DNA of 64,000 bases from Mantamonas sphyraenae STR306. Its lineage: Eukaryota > Protista > CRuMs. The stretch spans positions 248,001-312,000 of the forward strand of contig JAPMXV010000042.1 of the NCBI GenBank assembly GCA_026936335.1. The letters are read 5' to 3'. A program made the translations under genes and the position numbers. The notes beneath the pieces were generated by a model that worked only from the letters and a program-made list of their open reading frames with translations, was not told the DNA's origin and did no database searches. Position 1 is the first letter of the stretch. Every line of letters starts with the position of its first letter. Positions 24,201-39,200 of this stretch are shown here, piece after piece.

Positions 24201-27200
24201 CGGTCACGCAGGTTTCGGCTACGGCTACCTCAGTGGCCGCTACTACATCGAAAACAACGTCAGCATCGCGTTCGACCAGACCAACAGCTGGTACTACATC
24301 TACTCCCTGCAGCCGTTTGACCGGTGGGAACAAGTGCACACCACCACGTACATTCGCTTCTACAGCGCCCACACGTATCTGAATGCCGTCATCCGAGGCA
24401 ACGTGCGCTTGGAGGTCGACAATGTTCATTTCAAGGACGTGCACTTTGTGGCCGGTTCCGTGGTTCACGTGCAGTGCACCAGCTCCGCCAGCATCCTAGG
24501 CAACTTCCTGTGGGAATCGGGCTCATGGTATGGACCTTGCACAAACGCAGCCACCACATTCATGCGGATCTACGGCAACATGACCCTCCAGGGCGCCGGA
24601 ACAAAGAACACATACTACTTGGACATGTACGTGGAAAACGGCGGCCGCCTCGAGAGCACCGTCACCTCTTCAGGCTACCTGCAGTCCAACAGCGGCTACG
24701 GACGCCTGCGTGTCCAAGCGGGTGGATACCTCAAGATCACCCCCACGGCCAACTCGTTGTACGGTCTGCGCTGGACCGGATCCGGCTCCGACTTTCCTCT
24801 GGAGAACTACGGTCACGTCGCCATTGATCTCACAACCTACACCGACTTGGTCATGGAGATGACCAGCACCTTTTACACGGGCTCCACGTTTGAGATCATC
24901 GACCCAGTCGGCGGTCGCCAGGTGCGCTTCACTCGCGTCGCCACGCACAACTCGGGGGCCACCTACAGCATCGCCAACAACGACACCATTGCTGCCTACT
25001 CCACCACAAACTACCATTACATCAGCAGCGACCACGAACTGCGTTCCCTGGGTGGCGACATGTACCTGTATGGCAGCAATACGAACCACCGGTACCTCAA
25101 TTTGCAGTCTGGTGGCCTGCGCATGTACGGTGTCGATGTCACTTGCGAGACCCTGCGCCAGTACCAAGGCCATCTGTATGTTCAAAACACCAAGCGTTTC
25201 TACGTGGACACCTTCCTGCCGCAGCAGACCAGCACCTACGAGATCAACGGCTTGTCCACAACGAACCCGGGTGAACTGTACATCCGCAAGAAGTTTGACT
25301 TCAGCCTGGTCACGTACACGTACACCAGCCTCAACTACGTGCAGCTCATCTTTGAGAGTGGTTCCGTGCTCGACTTCACCTATGCTTCCACTTCCCAATT
25401 GTTGTTCCGCTTGGCCAACAACGGCCGCATCCGCTTCCTCAGCGGCTCTCTCGGCAACTTTAGGCGCACAGCAAACTTCAACGCGCTCCACTACGTCACC
25501 ACTTCTTGGAGCGGCTCCTACTACATCACACAGGAAAGTGGCGCGCTTTGGGAACTCGAATCGATTGGCAACGAGAACAGTGGCTACTTGTTCTCGGCCA
25601 CCCAGATGGACATCTACGGTACCATTACCTACACCAAGAGCTCCCTGGGTCTGATGGGTTCCACGGTTATCCTGCAGTCCGGAAGCAACCTCACCGAAGG
25701 CGCAACAGCACGCATTTACCTCGGTGGTAGTGTCTACGCCCGCGGCCAGGAGAGCTTCAACAACATCTACACCGCTGGGGGCCAGTTCCGCGTCGACACC
25801 AAGACCATCTCGGTGAACGACTTTACCATGACCGGCAACCACTACATCTACACGACAGCCCCCCACAAGCTGTTGGTGGACACAATGCACGCCCAGTATG
25901 GACGCATCTACGCCAGCGGTTCTCCGGTGACGTCGTCGTTCAACACTGGCTGCACGAGTTGACCCAGTACCTGTACATGTACGTGCCCATCTACATTGCG
26001 CAGACGTATCGCTACGTGTCACAGACCTCTTCCTACTACATGCACATCTCTTCCTACCAGTTCACCATCATGGAGAATGCTACTCTGTTGTGGGAGGACA
26101 ACAATGTCGCTTTCCCCGGCACAAACTCGTACGCATGCGCACACTCAAACTTTTTTGAGATCTACGGCAACGTTACCGTCAACCTGCAGAACACGGCCAA
26201 TCGCGTCCGCTTTGCATGCCCAACCAGGATGCACAAGGGCTCCACCTACACCGTCATCCAAGGCGAGGCCTACTACGAGAACGCCAACTACTGGCACACC
26301 GATCCAGTGGTGTACAATCCCTCGACAGAGAACCGCATCCTCATCGCCAGCTCCATGTATGTGCAGACAAACCTCACGGGCTACTTCTACACCCAGAGCA
26401 GCATGTACATTGGTACGCCGGCCAACGCCGAGGCAGACCTGTACCCGATCTCCGTGTCCAACATCGAGAACATCGGTAACTTTGAGATCTACCGCAACGT
26501 TACCATGAACAACATCCAGTGGAGGTACGGCAACGCTCTGTTCCGTGTGGGCACCGACGGCGACCCGTCTGTGCTCACGCTGGTCAACGCGACCATCTCC
26601 CACGACAGCACTGTGACCTCCCAGGCGGTTGCCGTCGGCCAGATCCATCTGTACGGTACCACCACCATGAGCGGTACCAATGTCTGGAACAACTACGGCG
26701 TCCAGATTTACAACTATGGCGTTGTCGACAGCTCCGTGTACAGCAACGGCATGCGATCATTGCTCTACAACGACCGCATTGCAAACATCCACAATGAGCC
26801 TGGTGCCACCTGGAACATTGTTCCGCCCAGTCTCAGCTACAGCTACGGATACTTGTGGACCATCGACGCCTCTTCGTCCCGTCCCTACTTCTTCAACCGT
26901 GGAACACTCATCATCGCTCCCACAGTCTCTGGTGTCCTCAGGTGGTATCGCTCGGGCATCTACAACTACGAGAGTGGCACAGTGGAGATGAGGAGCCAGA
27001 CTGGTGTGGAGCTCCTCAGCGAGGCCAACTTTGTCCAGCTTGGAGGTTCGTGGACCAGCCCGCCCAACGGAGGCACCTTGGGCACCATCAATGTGGAAAA
27101 CACCTGCTACATGCGCGTGCACACATCGATTGAGTCCCCCATCCACGTCAAGGCTGGAGGCTTTATGGCTGTCGAGAACGGCATGCCAGCTGCCACGGTC

Positions 27201-30200
27201 AATGTCTCATCCCTTGAGTTGACCAGTGGTACTTGGCGCACGTGGCGCAACGTCACATTCGGCACCGTCACCGTTCGTGGTGCTGACCAATTCCACATCG
27301 AGAACACCGGAGCCGTGGCTGCGGGAAGCACAAGGACGCGCGTGGACATCGGCTACATCACGTACACCTTGACCAGCGGCCATTCCAACATCTTTTGCCA
27401 GGGTAGTTCGGGCTACGACTGTGAGATCCATTTCCTCAATCAGGCCCACTTTTCAGCGGCATCCAACCTCGTCTTTGCGTACGGTGCGCATCTGGTAAAC
27501 GACGGTGACATGGTCTTCACCAACCCTGCTGGTGGCCTTGTGCTCCTTCCGTACACAGACAAGGGTTCCTTGTTGGACAACTCGGTAAACGGAACCATCC
27601 GCATCATCCCGACGACCACCACCTACTCCGGCAGCGAAGGAGTGTTCCGCGGCACATCTGGAACCTTCCAAGTGCGCAACTATGGACACATCCTCGTCCA
27701 GCCGGCCAACAACGGCACCGTGCCCATGCGTGGCGTTGCTCTGAACAACTTTGCTTCGGGCACCGTCCAGATCCTTGGTGGAACCCTGGATCTGTACAGT
27801 GGCGGAAACAACTACGGCACCATCATCAGCGTCGGCGGGACAACTTTGCAGATCTCAGCTGGTCTCTTTAGCGTCTATGCCTGGCAGGACGCCGTGCCCC
27901 GCGTGAACGGTGGCACCATCGACTTTACCGGCACGGGACTGGACATCAACCGCGTCGACTTTACGGCGGGTGAGCTGTTCACGTCGGGACAGGTGATCCT
28001 GCGCAATGTGGTCGCCGTGGCCGGTGTCGTTCAGATGCCCAGTGGCCTGTCCATTGTCTCGTTTGAGGTTGATGGAGCCGCGGTACAAGTCACCAGCACG
28101 CAGTACATCGAAACGCTGGTGCTCAGCAGTGGTACGTTCACGATTGAGGGCAACCACACGGTGAATGTCACCCACCTCGTCCTGAAGAACGGCCAAGTGA
28201 ACGCAGACATCTCAGCGGGCGCCTACATCACCTCTCCGGACGTGTCCATCACCAACACGGGCAATTTGACGCTGAACGGCACTCTGCTTGAGGCCACCGC
28301 GAGTCTGGTCTACAACAAGCTTGGGGACAGCCTCCGCCTGCAGAACAATGCCGTTGTGCGTGTGAACAGCACCTGCACGGCCCTCTTTGGCTACGACGGA
28401 GCCACCAACGTGTCTGCCCCGGGACATCCGGTCGGCGACATGCGCATTCAGAGTGATCTGTCGTCTACCATCCAGGTGATGGGTGTAGTGAAGGTCAATG
28501 CCTCGTCTTCCAACGCGGTGTACATGGAGGCCAACCTGAACTTGGATCGCAACGCGTTCCTGGATGTCCAGCGTGGAGAGCTGCGCTTGGCTCTGGGTTC
28601 CCAGTTCAACGGCACTGTCACCTTGCCTGCATCCACCGCTCAGGGCGCCCTCATCTATTGGACGGGTTTCAACCACCACATCGACACGGTTCTCAGCACC
28701 CTGCTGGTCCGTGGTGGTATTGCGACTCTTTCGCCGGCTCTGCACCTGCCTCATGTCGACATCACCGCCGGGTCCGTCTCCACCGCCGCCACGGGCACCA
28801 ATGTCATCGACGCCCTTACGGTTCATGGAGGCAACGTCCAAGTACAACAGAATGCTGCACTCCATGTGTCCACGATGAACTGGGTCGGTGGCTCCCTCTC
28901 CCAGGATCGCCTCAACATCAGTGCACGACAAGCCGGGGCCAGCCAGTCTTCTGTTCTCACCGTCACCGACTTGTTGTCCATGCCATCTTCCGGTGTGCTT
29001 CGACGCATGTCGGCCGTGCGTGTGGTGGCCAACAAGACAATCGCCTTTGACGTGGCGAACGACGAATTGCACCAATACGCCGGTGCGATCTTGGAGCTCC
29101 CGGCACATGCAACCATGAACCTGACATCTCAGTCGGCAAGCACAACACCTGCTGTGCTCCCCATGGGCAGTCAACCCGTCGACGCATCCAACTACCTTTT
29201 GGAGGATGCCACGGTTCGCTCGCATGGTGTCTTCTACGACGCCGACACTTGTGTTCCGGCGTCGTCATGTGGCCTTCTCCTCAATGGACAGGTCACCGTG
29301 CGCACCGCTTCGCCCCATGCGGCCAGCAACGTCACTGTCAAGAGCCACGTGCTGTCGCAGGTGGGCTCCACCACAGTGGAGTCTGGATCACTCCGCCTTA
29401 TTGGTTCGTCTGAGTTCCAGGTCACCAGTGGTGGTGTGGTCAGTGCCAATACTGTCGACCCTATGCCCGCGCCCTTGCGCATCGACAGTGGTTCGCATGT
29501 TGTTGCGGCTGCAGTCTCGTTCGCCCGTGTGCACACCTCCAACGTGGAGATTGTGGACGGAGCCACCGTCCAGTACATCGAGGCCAACAATGGTGCCGTG
29601 GTGACTGTCAACTGCCCCGGCGGTTGCACCGTCCACAACCTTGTGGTCAACGCTGGTGGTCAGGTTTTCATCAAGACCGACGATGTCAAGAACTTGTACG
29701 TCCGCAACGGTGTCCTCAACGTCACGGCGGACCTTGTCCTGGACCACATGTCCATGTGGGATGGTACCACGCGCATCAACCCGGGTGCCCAGATCACCGT
29801 CACCGACGCCAACATCCAGGGTGGTCACATCCTCGGTGCGCCGGCCAACGGCTCTGATCCATGCCCGGCCCAGGATGCTGTCTATGGCAAGCTGCGTTTG
29901 GCGTCGACCTCTGCGTTGGTGTCCAACATCACAGGTGTGCTTGTGGAATCGGCCACCATCGAGAACCTGGGTGTGATGCACCTTGGTTCTCGCGGTCTGC
30001 TCACCCTCAAGTGTGCGGCCACGATCCAGAACAACGCCAACGCCACGGTGGTGGTTACCCAACAGGCTGACTCTGTGCCTGTGCTCGTCACCTCGGCACT
30101 GGGTTACACGGGAGACAACGCACGCATTGTCAACTACGGTACGATGCGTGTCAACGCAACCGCAGTGCCCGCAGCAACAGTCACCGTGGATGCGCCGTTT

Positions 30201-33200
30201 GTGCACGAATCTGGCAGTGTGACTGTGATGCAGGGTGTGTTGCGCCTGACGCACGGTGGTGTGATTCGCAGCGCCATCAACGGCACGCTCCAGGTGCAGA
30301 TTTCGTCCGTGGACGTTGTCGACGGCGCAGACGCGGAGCATCTCGATGCCAACAATGGCGCTGTGGTGACTGTCAACTGCCCCGGCGGTTGCACCGTCCA
30401 CAACCTCGTGGTCAACGCTGGTGGTCAGGTTTTCATCAAGACCGACGATGTCAAGAACTTGTACGTCCGCAACGGTGTCCTCAACGTCACGGCGGACCTT
30501 GTCCTGGACCACATGTCCATGTGGGATGGTACCACGCGCATCAACCCGGGTGCCCAGATCACCGTCACCGACGCCAACATCCAGGGTGGTCACATCCTCG
30601 GTGCGCCGGCCAACGGCTCTGATCCCTGCCCGGCCCAGGATGCTGTCTATGGCAAGCTGCGTTTGGCGTCGACCTCTGCGTTGGTTTCCAACATCACAGG
30701 TGTGCTTGTGGAATCGGCCACCATCGAGAACCTGGGTGTGATGCACCTTGGTTCTCGCGGTCTGCTCACCCTCAAGTGTGCGGCCACGATCCAGAACAAC
30801 GCCAACGCCACGGTGGTGGTTACCCAACAGGCTGACTCTGTGCCTGTGCTCGTCACCTCGGCACTGGGTTACACGGGAGACAACGCACGCATTGTCAACT
30901 ACGGTACGATGCGTGTCAACGCAACCGCAGTGCCCGCAGCAACAGTCACCGTGGATGCGCCGTTTGTGCACGAATCTGGCAGTGTGACTGTGATGCAGGG
31001 TGTGTTGCGTCTGACGCACGGTGGTGTGATTCGCAGCGCCATCAACGGCACTGCGCTCGACACCCCGCTGTTGATCGACCGTCCCTCGTACCGCGTTGAT
31101 ATCGCGTGGCCCGTTCAGCACATCCGCGCCCGTCAGGGTAATGTGCACACCACATTTGCCAATGGCGTTGATCTGCTCTCTGTGGACACCACTGGACGTA
31201 TCGACATCGATGTGCGCATGGCCTACGTGCGCTACGTCGAGCTTCACAGTGCCACCGCCACGCTTTCCATCAACCATCCGGGTCAGCTCATTGTTCACCG
31301 ATTCAACGCCACCCAAGGTATTGTTTCGGCAAAGAATGCCCCGGTTGCTCACGGTACCGGAATGGACGTCGTTCAAGCGCTTACCGTCCGTGTCGACGCC
31401 CTTTTGCGCCTGGACGATGTGCAGCTCAACCTTCTCGGTGCTTCTACCTCGACGCTCGCTGTCAATGGTGTGCCCATGTATGCCACCGATGGCACCATCA
31501 TCCGTGTGCTCCCTTCGGCTTGGCTCTACTTGGCCACCCTGCAGGCCTCCAACATGGATATCCTGCGTGCCGTGGCCCACCCGAACCCTGCCGATGCCGC
31601 CTTGGTTGTCGATGGATATGTCCAGCTCACCGACCAAGGACTGCTGCCATCCACTCAGCACAACGCTAGCCTGTATGTCTCCACAAATGTCACCGCTTCC
31701 GGCAACGTTTCCGTTGCCGCGCCCAACCAGCGCTTGGTGCTTCGTGGCGATGCCACCGTGTATGGCTCTGTCGATGCCCAGGTGTACTACGCCGGTGCTG
31801 TGTCGCGCATCCATGCCAGCCAGCCCAGCTTCACTGCCATTCAGGGTTCGCTTGTCATTCTCGAGCCTGTGACTCCTCAGCAACTCAACGTCATGGAGCA
31901 GGCCTCGCTCGACATCATGGCTAATTCCACCGCTGATGCTGCCTTCTTTGCCACCTCCGGTGTCATCACTGTGCCTGACCACAAGCGCCTGCATTTCCCG
32001 GCGGCTGGTACAGGCCTCATGTGGCAGGAAGGTATCCTTCACATCCACGGTGCCATTGTCGTTGACAGTGCCTGTCATGTGGTGTCTACCCTTTCCAAGT
32101 CTGCCCTCCAGCTCAACATTTACCTGCGCGGGCAGTCTTCCATGTCCCTCGACGGTGGCTCCGTGGTCATCCTTCCTCCGCCCACAAATGTCACGGCCGC
32201 CTCGCTCCAGTCAACCATTACGGTCGACCCGCAGGCCACCCTCCTCGTTCAGTCGGGCTTTGTCTCTATGTACAAGCAGCAGGCTACGGCACACACGCCG
32301 GTTATCGTAAACCGTGGCCTTGTCCATGTTCTGCCCCGCTCCCCGGGTAACCTGGTTTTCAACGCCACCCTGATCAACAGCAACAACGTCACCGTGGCCA
32401 TTGGCTCAGGTGCCACCCTCACACTGGACGAGCTCCGCCCTGTCCCCGGTGCTTCCAGCACGCAATCGGTGGAGTCTCTCTCCACCCTCGTGCTCCATCG
32501 TGACTCTACCATCGACGACACGGCGACTCTCACGCTGGCGGGCACTTTGTCTTTGCCCTCGTTGCACCTCAGCGGAAACCTCGTTGTGCCCCACCTCTAC
32601 ACCCAGGCCGTCACCATCAACGCCAACGTGTACATGAACGCCACCACAGACGTGTTCATGGACCTTCAGGGTCTTGCTGCGCGCTCCCAGTACTCGGCTG
32701 TGCACACGACCGGTTGCGTCGCCTACGCAGGCACCCTGCATGTGACCTACGGCACACCGTTCTTCCCTCAGCCTACGGATTATTTCCGTGTCTTCACGCT
32801 TGCCGGATCGCCCGCCTGTATTTCGGGCCGCTTCGACAACTACGACTACGAGAACAACGTCAATCTGACCGCAAGCTACTCGAGTACGTATCTGGACCTG
32901 GCATTCGACCGATGCACACTCAACCACAACTGCATCAGCTGTGTCAACTCCTCCACCAATTGCCACTGGACTCAGAACAAGTGCGTGCCGGGCATCGGCA
33001 ACACACCCATCTCGTACTGTGTCATCCCGCGCTGGAACATCAGCACCTTTCAGCATGTGGCCGTGGAGGACACCACTCTCGTTCTCCCGTCCATGTCGGT
33101 CTACCAGATGCAGATCGTCAGCACAGAGCAGATCCAGGTTTCCCTTGCGCTCGAACAGGGTGTCCTCAACTTCCCCAAGGCCTGGGGCATCGACATCCTT

Positions 33201-36200
33201 CATGCAAACGAGACAAACATTCTCTTCAACGCCAACAGGACTGCGATCAACCGCACCCTGGCCAACGTCACCTTTACCCCGCTCCGCCACTACTATGGCA
33301 ACCTTTCCCTCGTTGTCACTGTCACCGACCTTGGACGCTCCGCCGGCATGTGGCCCACAGCCCTGGGCAACACTCTCGACATGAACATCGAGGTGGTCGC
33401 TGTCAACGACGGGCCCTACTTCCTGGACGCCAGCAAGCCTGTCAACCAGAGCTTCTCTGAGGATGTGTACACACCCATCAGTGTCCTTCAAGTCAGTGAC
33501 GTGGATATTCTCGGCTACGAGATGAAGGTCAACATTTCCGCCAGTCGTGGTGTCATCCAGTACAGCGGCCCCGTGCCAGTCATTGTGTCTGGCAATGCTA
33601 CACGTACTCTGACCCTCCGCGGCACCATCACTCAGATGAACGCCGCCCTTCATTCCATCGGCTATCAGCCCGACCTCAACAATGTCTTTGATGACCAAAT
33701 CTACTTTGTCATCTCAGACCAGGGCTTCTATGGCATTGGTGGCGAACTTGCAGACTCGTATGACTACACCATGTACAGTCAGTCGGTCAATGATGCCCCC
33801 TTTGCAACGTCGGTGCCATCGTACACCGTGTATGAAGACGAGCCCCTGCGTTTCCCGCACACAAATGTCTCCGATGTCGATGTGCTTCACTTCAACATGA
33901 CCTTGCGTCTGTCGGTCCAGCACGGTCTGTTCCTCAACGCATCCACATTGGGTGAGGTCGCCTCCGAGCGTTTCTCGCTCGAGTACAACCCGGCCATTGG
34001 TAATCGCTCCATCGAGCTCAACACCACTCTCACCGGCGCCAACAACATCATCCAGTCGCTGTACTACCTTGGCGATCTGCACTTCCATGGCACCGATGCC
34101 CTTCAGATTGATCTGAACGATCTCGGAAACTTTGGAGCCGGCGTGCCTCTTTCGGGCTCCCTCAACGTGCCTGTGTACGTTGTCAGCGTCAACGACCGTG
34201 CCACTGTCTCTGTAGTGCGCAATCTCACTGTCATCGAGGACACTGTGGCAAACATCACCGGCATCAGCCTTTCTGATGTCGACATTGACAGCGCCATCCT
34301 CGGAGTCAACGTCACAGTGGCCTCGGGTACCCTCAACGTGCTCAACGACGCAGCTCTTCTCTCGCAGACATTGCCCTCGGGGACTCCGCACACCGGTTTC
34401 CACCACACCCTCTTGCTCAAGGGCAACCTGACTCAGGTCAACGATGCTCTCGCCTCCCTGCAGTACATCTCCAACTTGCACTTCTGTGGCAACGACACAG
34501 TGCAGGTATCTGTCACCGACTACGGTGCATTTGGGTTCGGTGGTCCCAAGGTCGGCTACGGCGAGTTGTTCCTGTACGTGCGTTGCATCAACGACGCCCC
34601 GCGCATCTCCGGCCCCGCCAACTTTACCATTGTCGAGGATGTCGACACCAAGCTGCTCGGTTTGCAGATTTCCGATGTCGATGTGCAGGTCTATCCCATG
34701 CGCCTTGACATCCGCACCACTCTTGGGTCCTTCAGGTTCCCGCCATACCAAAACACCTGGACCCAATTTGCTCGCGTGAACGCTTCTCGTAGCGCTCTCA
34801 ACACGGTCCTGACCACTGATTTTTGGTATCGCAACTTCATCAACCGTTTGGACAACGATACCCTGTCCATCACCGTCTCGGATCTTGGAAACACCGGCGA
34901 AGGGATCCGCAACACAAGCTACAAGTGGCCCATCAACATTGTGCCTGTGAACGATCCGGTGGTGTTCAGTAACCCCATTGGCCCGTTTGGAGTCCCCGAA
35001 GACACCGAGCATGTCGTCATCCACGGTGGCAACCCGATTCCAAACCCTTCCAATGTCATCACCGTCTCCGACGTCGATCTCGCCCAAACCGGAGAAATCA
35101 TGTTTGTCAACATCACGTGCGACCACTGTTTCCTGGCTTCCGACACCTTGGCCAACGTCACTCTGTTTGGTGGCCTCGAACCTCAGCAAGGACCGGGTAA
35201 CTGGTTCCGCAACGAGATCTCCTTCAATGCCACCCTTACCGGTGCCAACGAGGCTCTCTCCACACTGAGGTACCGCGGACACCTGCATTTCAACGGCGCC
35301 GACACCTTGCGTGTCTACGCCAATGACTATGGCGTCTTTGGACTCGGTGTTCCCCTCGATGCAGTTACCACGGTGGCCGTCACGGTTTGGGCTGTCAACG
35401 ATGCACCCATTTTCCAGACTGCCTACCCCATCAACGTGACCGAGGACACTGAGACCCTCCTCGTCGGCCTCTCTGTCACCGATGTGGACAACGCAGTCGG
35501 CCTCTGGCTGGACCTCAACGTCACGGGTGGCACTGCACAGATCCCGGCCTCGGGCTCCTTGGTGGCCGACGGCGACATCACCACACCCATGCCTGTCAAC
35601 GCGACTTATCTGACCCAGGTCAGCCTTCTGCCCTGGGCCACAGATTGCCATGCGTACCGTCAGCACGGCTACACGTCCAGCGGCTACTACGTCGTTGATC
35701 CTGATGGAAGCGGTGTCATCGACAAGTTTTTGGTGTATTGCGATATGTCCAACGACGGTGGTGGATGGGCTTCCATCTTCTACTCGTCTGCACCGGCTTT
35801 TGACGCCGCTGGCGCCTCCTCCGCCGTCACATTTGGCAACGACGACCACGACTCCACCCTCATGTGGAAGGACTACACCGGCCAGATTGCCACCACCAAC
35901 ACGAACAACGGCAACTCGGCCGTGTTCCGTACCTATCAGCGTGATGGCACAGTCCCGGCCACAGTTGCCGGTATGCCGGGTGTTCGCCCCTACGGCTTGA
36001 CCGCAACGGCCAAGCCGATCGTTTTCCCGGCTGTAAACAAGGTTGTGTGGATCGACTACGGTGCAGGCAGGATGCGCTGGGAGGAAGGAGCATGCAGGAT
36101 CAACCTTGACGCAGCTGCGTCCGCCTCCAGCCAGGCCTTTTCATCAATGCCGGCCACTCAACTGACAGTGGGCATGCTCACCTTCATTGCTGGTGGCTCC

Positions 36201-39200
36201 CACCTCGACCTCACCTACGGCACCAACCAGCTGCGCCTCACAGGCAACCCGCTCCAGGTCACTGTGGCTGGAAACACCGTCAACACAGGTGTGACCATGT
36301 TCACTGGCCAGCTGATGACGGTCGCCGTCACCTGGCGTGCCTCAGATGGCGCTACCCAAGTTCTTCGCGACGGCACCGCCGTGTGGACTGGAACCCTGAG
36401 TGCAGGCGCTTCCATCCCCAACGGCCTGCCTCTGATCATTGGAGGTTCAGGCTCCAACTCGCAATACGACGAGATTATTCTGTTGGACTACATCGAGTCG
36501 CAGCCCAACATCAACAACTGGCGCTTCTACGGTATCGGTGGTGGTGAACAGGGTGTGCGCGCTTACTACAAGGCCGACGACTGTGCAGGCAACACCATGC
36601 ACGACCTCGGACCGTTCAAGCAGCACCTCTCGGTCGCTGGAGGAACGCACAGCTGGTTGGCCGACAACGGCATCGCCCACACAATCCCGCTCACTGACCT
36701 TGGCATCGTTGCAAGCACCTTTAGCACGCCCGGCAACAACTTTGGCTTCATCAGCGATGGTGTTAACCAGGTGCTCGTGTTCGGCAACGGCATGAACGAC
36801 AAGCTGCTCACGTTCAACTGGGTGCACCGCAATGTGAGCTCGGAAGACACCGGTACGGCCGCGTTCACGCCTGCAGGCGGATACTATGCCACTGAGGAAG
36901 ATGCATTCGGTCACCAGCTGTGGACTGTCAACGGTCGCGCTTTTTACAAGTCGGCTGGATGGGACTTCCGCATGGCGGGTACCATCAAGAACCCGCAGGC
37001 TCTGGGCACCGACTACGCCTTTACAGCTGGCGTACAAAACACACAGTTCGGTCTTGATTTCTTCATTCGAGTCGACAACTCGGGCTACGTCTGGTTGGGT
37101 GACTGGGGCCACGACAACGGTGGCTACTTTGGTTTCGGCAACGATGACAACCTGGGTGTGCGCAAGACCAACATTCAGCTGACCACCGAATTGCCAAATG
37201 CGGGCAACACGAACGCCTATGTTGCACGAGGCATCCCAGCGTCGGATGGCGTCTCCGAGCTTGTGCCTGGCACAGCCCTTCGATTGCAAGGCAGCCTCGA
37301 CCAGCTGAACAGCAAGCTTGCTCAGCTGAGGTACACCCCGTACGCAAACGTGGACACGAACCAGACGATGCGCACTCGCATTACAGATGTCCACGGACAC
37401 TACACGGACAAGATCACCTCGCTGCGATCATCATCGCGGTGAACGACGCCCCTGTGCTGAGTGCTGTGTCGATGAGCTATGCCGGTGTGGAGGACACGGT
37501 GCTGGTGCTGCAGGATCAGCTGCAGCTGAGCGACGTGGACGCGTACGAGCTGCCCATGGAGCTCAACATCTCTGTCAGCCACGGTGGCTTCCAGCTGCCG
37601 GCCATGGCTTCGGTCACGGTGCAGACGCTGGCATCCACCAACGCCTCCATGCCTGCCCACTGGCGCTCCGTGCGTCTGCGGGGCACCCGAGCTGCGCTTA
37701 ACCGCACGCTGTCTCTCGTGAGCTACATGCCCGATCTGCACTTCTACAGCACCGATGCTCTGCAAGTGTCTGTCAACGATCTGGGCAACAGCGGCTGGGG
37801 CGGTGAACTGACCCACGCTCTGAACATCACGTTCAACGTGGCTCCGGTGAACGATGCTCCTATCTTTACGGTGCCCACCAGCTTCTACGCCATCTCGGAG
37901 GACACCCAGGCCACCATCGACGGCATCACGCTCGTGGATGTGGACACTGCGCCCAACGAGCAGCTTGGTTTCCGCTTGGTTGCACCGAACGGCCGTCTGT
38001 TCCTGAACACGAGCCAGGCAGGAGCTGCTGGCGCGTCGTTTGACCCTGTGTACGTCAATGGCGGTGCCGATGTGCGTGTCAACGCCACGCAGATGCAGTT
38101 TGCAGCGTTGATGCATGCCATGGTGTACCTGCCCAACCTGCACTTTGTGGACAACGAGACGGTGGCCATTTCGGCCACGGACTATGGTCGCTACGGAAGC
38201 GGAGGTGTGCAGTACGCCAACGCAGCGGTTGTGGTCAACATGCAGCGGGTCAACGATCTGCCGCGTCTGGACGCACGTCTTACGTACACCATCAAGGAGG
38301 ACGAGGTGTTGACGCTGAGCGCCATCAACGTGACCGACGTCGACGTGTTGCCCACAGACATCATGCGTCTCAACATCACAGTGGAGAAGGGCCGCCTTTC
38401 CATTGCCAACAACACATGGGCTTCCATTTTCGCCGGCCATGTGTCTCCGGGCGCCCCAACCGCTGACATCAACTTGTCGGGCAACATTTCGTCCATCCAG
38501 CGCGTGTTGGACGAGATTACGTACTACCCGTACCCGCACTTCAACGGCTTTGAGAACATCACCATGATCATTGACGATCTTGGCTCCGGTGGTCTCGTCG
38601 TCGTCGGCACACGACACGTGATTCAAATCCAGATTTACCTCATTCCACAGAATGACGCTCCGTTCATCACCACGGTGCACGGTCCGTTCTACGTGTCGGA
38701 GGACACCCAACTGGCAGTGTCCAATCTGGCCACTGTGTCGGATGTCGATGTCGTTGACGGCTTGCTGGAACTCAACCTCACCGTGCAGCACGGTCGCCTG
38801 TCCTTCAACACCACCTCTGGTCTGGTGTTCATGTATGGCACCAACCAGTCGGCACCCCATCTCTCTGTGCGTGGCCAGCTGACCTCGATCAACTCTGCCC
38901 TTGAGTCTGTGTCCTACATGCCGGACTTGCACTACTTTGGCAACGACACAATCGCCATGGACATCAACGATATCGGCAACAAGGGCGCTGGTCCCACAAG
39001 CGGTTTGTCTGACAGTGGCACGTGGCCCTCTTCATTGGATCGGTGAACGACAACCCTGTGTTTGTGAACCTCCCTGCATCGTACGTGGTGACGGAAGACA
39101 CACTGACGGCGCTGCCGGGCATCTCCATCTCGGATGTGGATGACGACACCGCTCGCCTCACCGTCGAGCTCACGGTCACCATGGGCAGCCTGTCGTCCAG

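Noticed and set aside
25927-25958. 32-nt GT...AG mini-intron that would repair the first frameshift
   Set aside because: Donor GTGACG and acceptor GAG do not match the other introns here (74-409 nt, YAG acceptors). A missing C in TCTCC(C)GGT explains the break equally well.
25959-37442. 4-nt TTGA/GTGA stop-start overlaps between giant ORFs resembling bacterial translational coupling (operon)
   Set aside because: The context is eukaryotic, the downstream ORFs start mid-domain without signal peptides, and paralogous repeats read straight through the equivalent positions.
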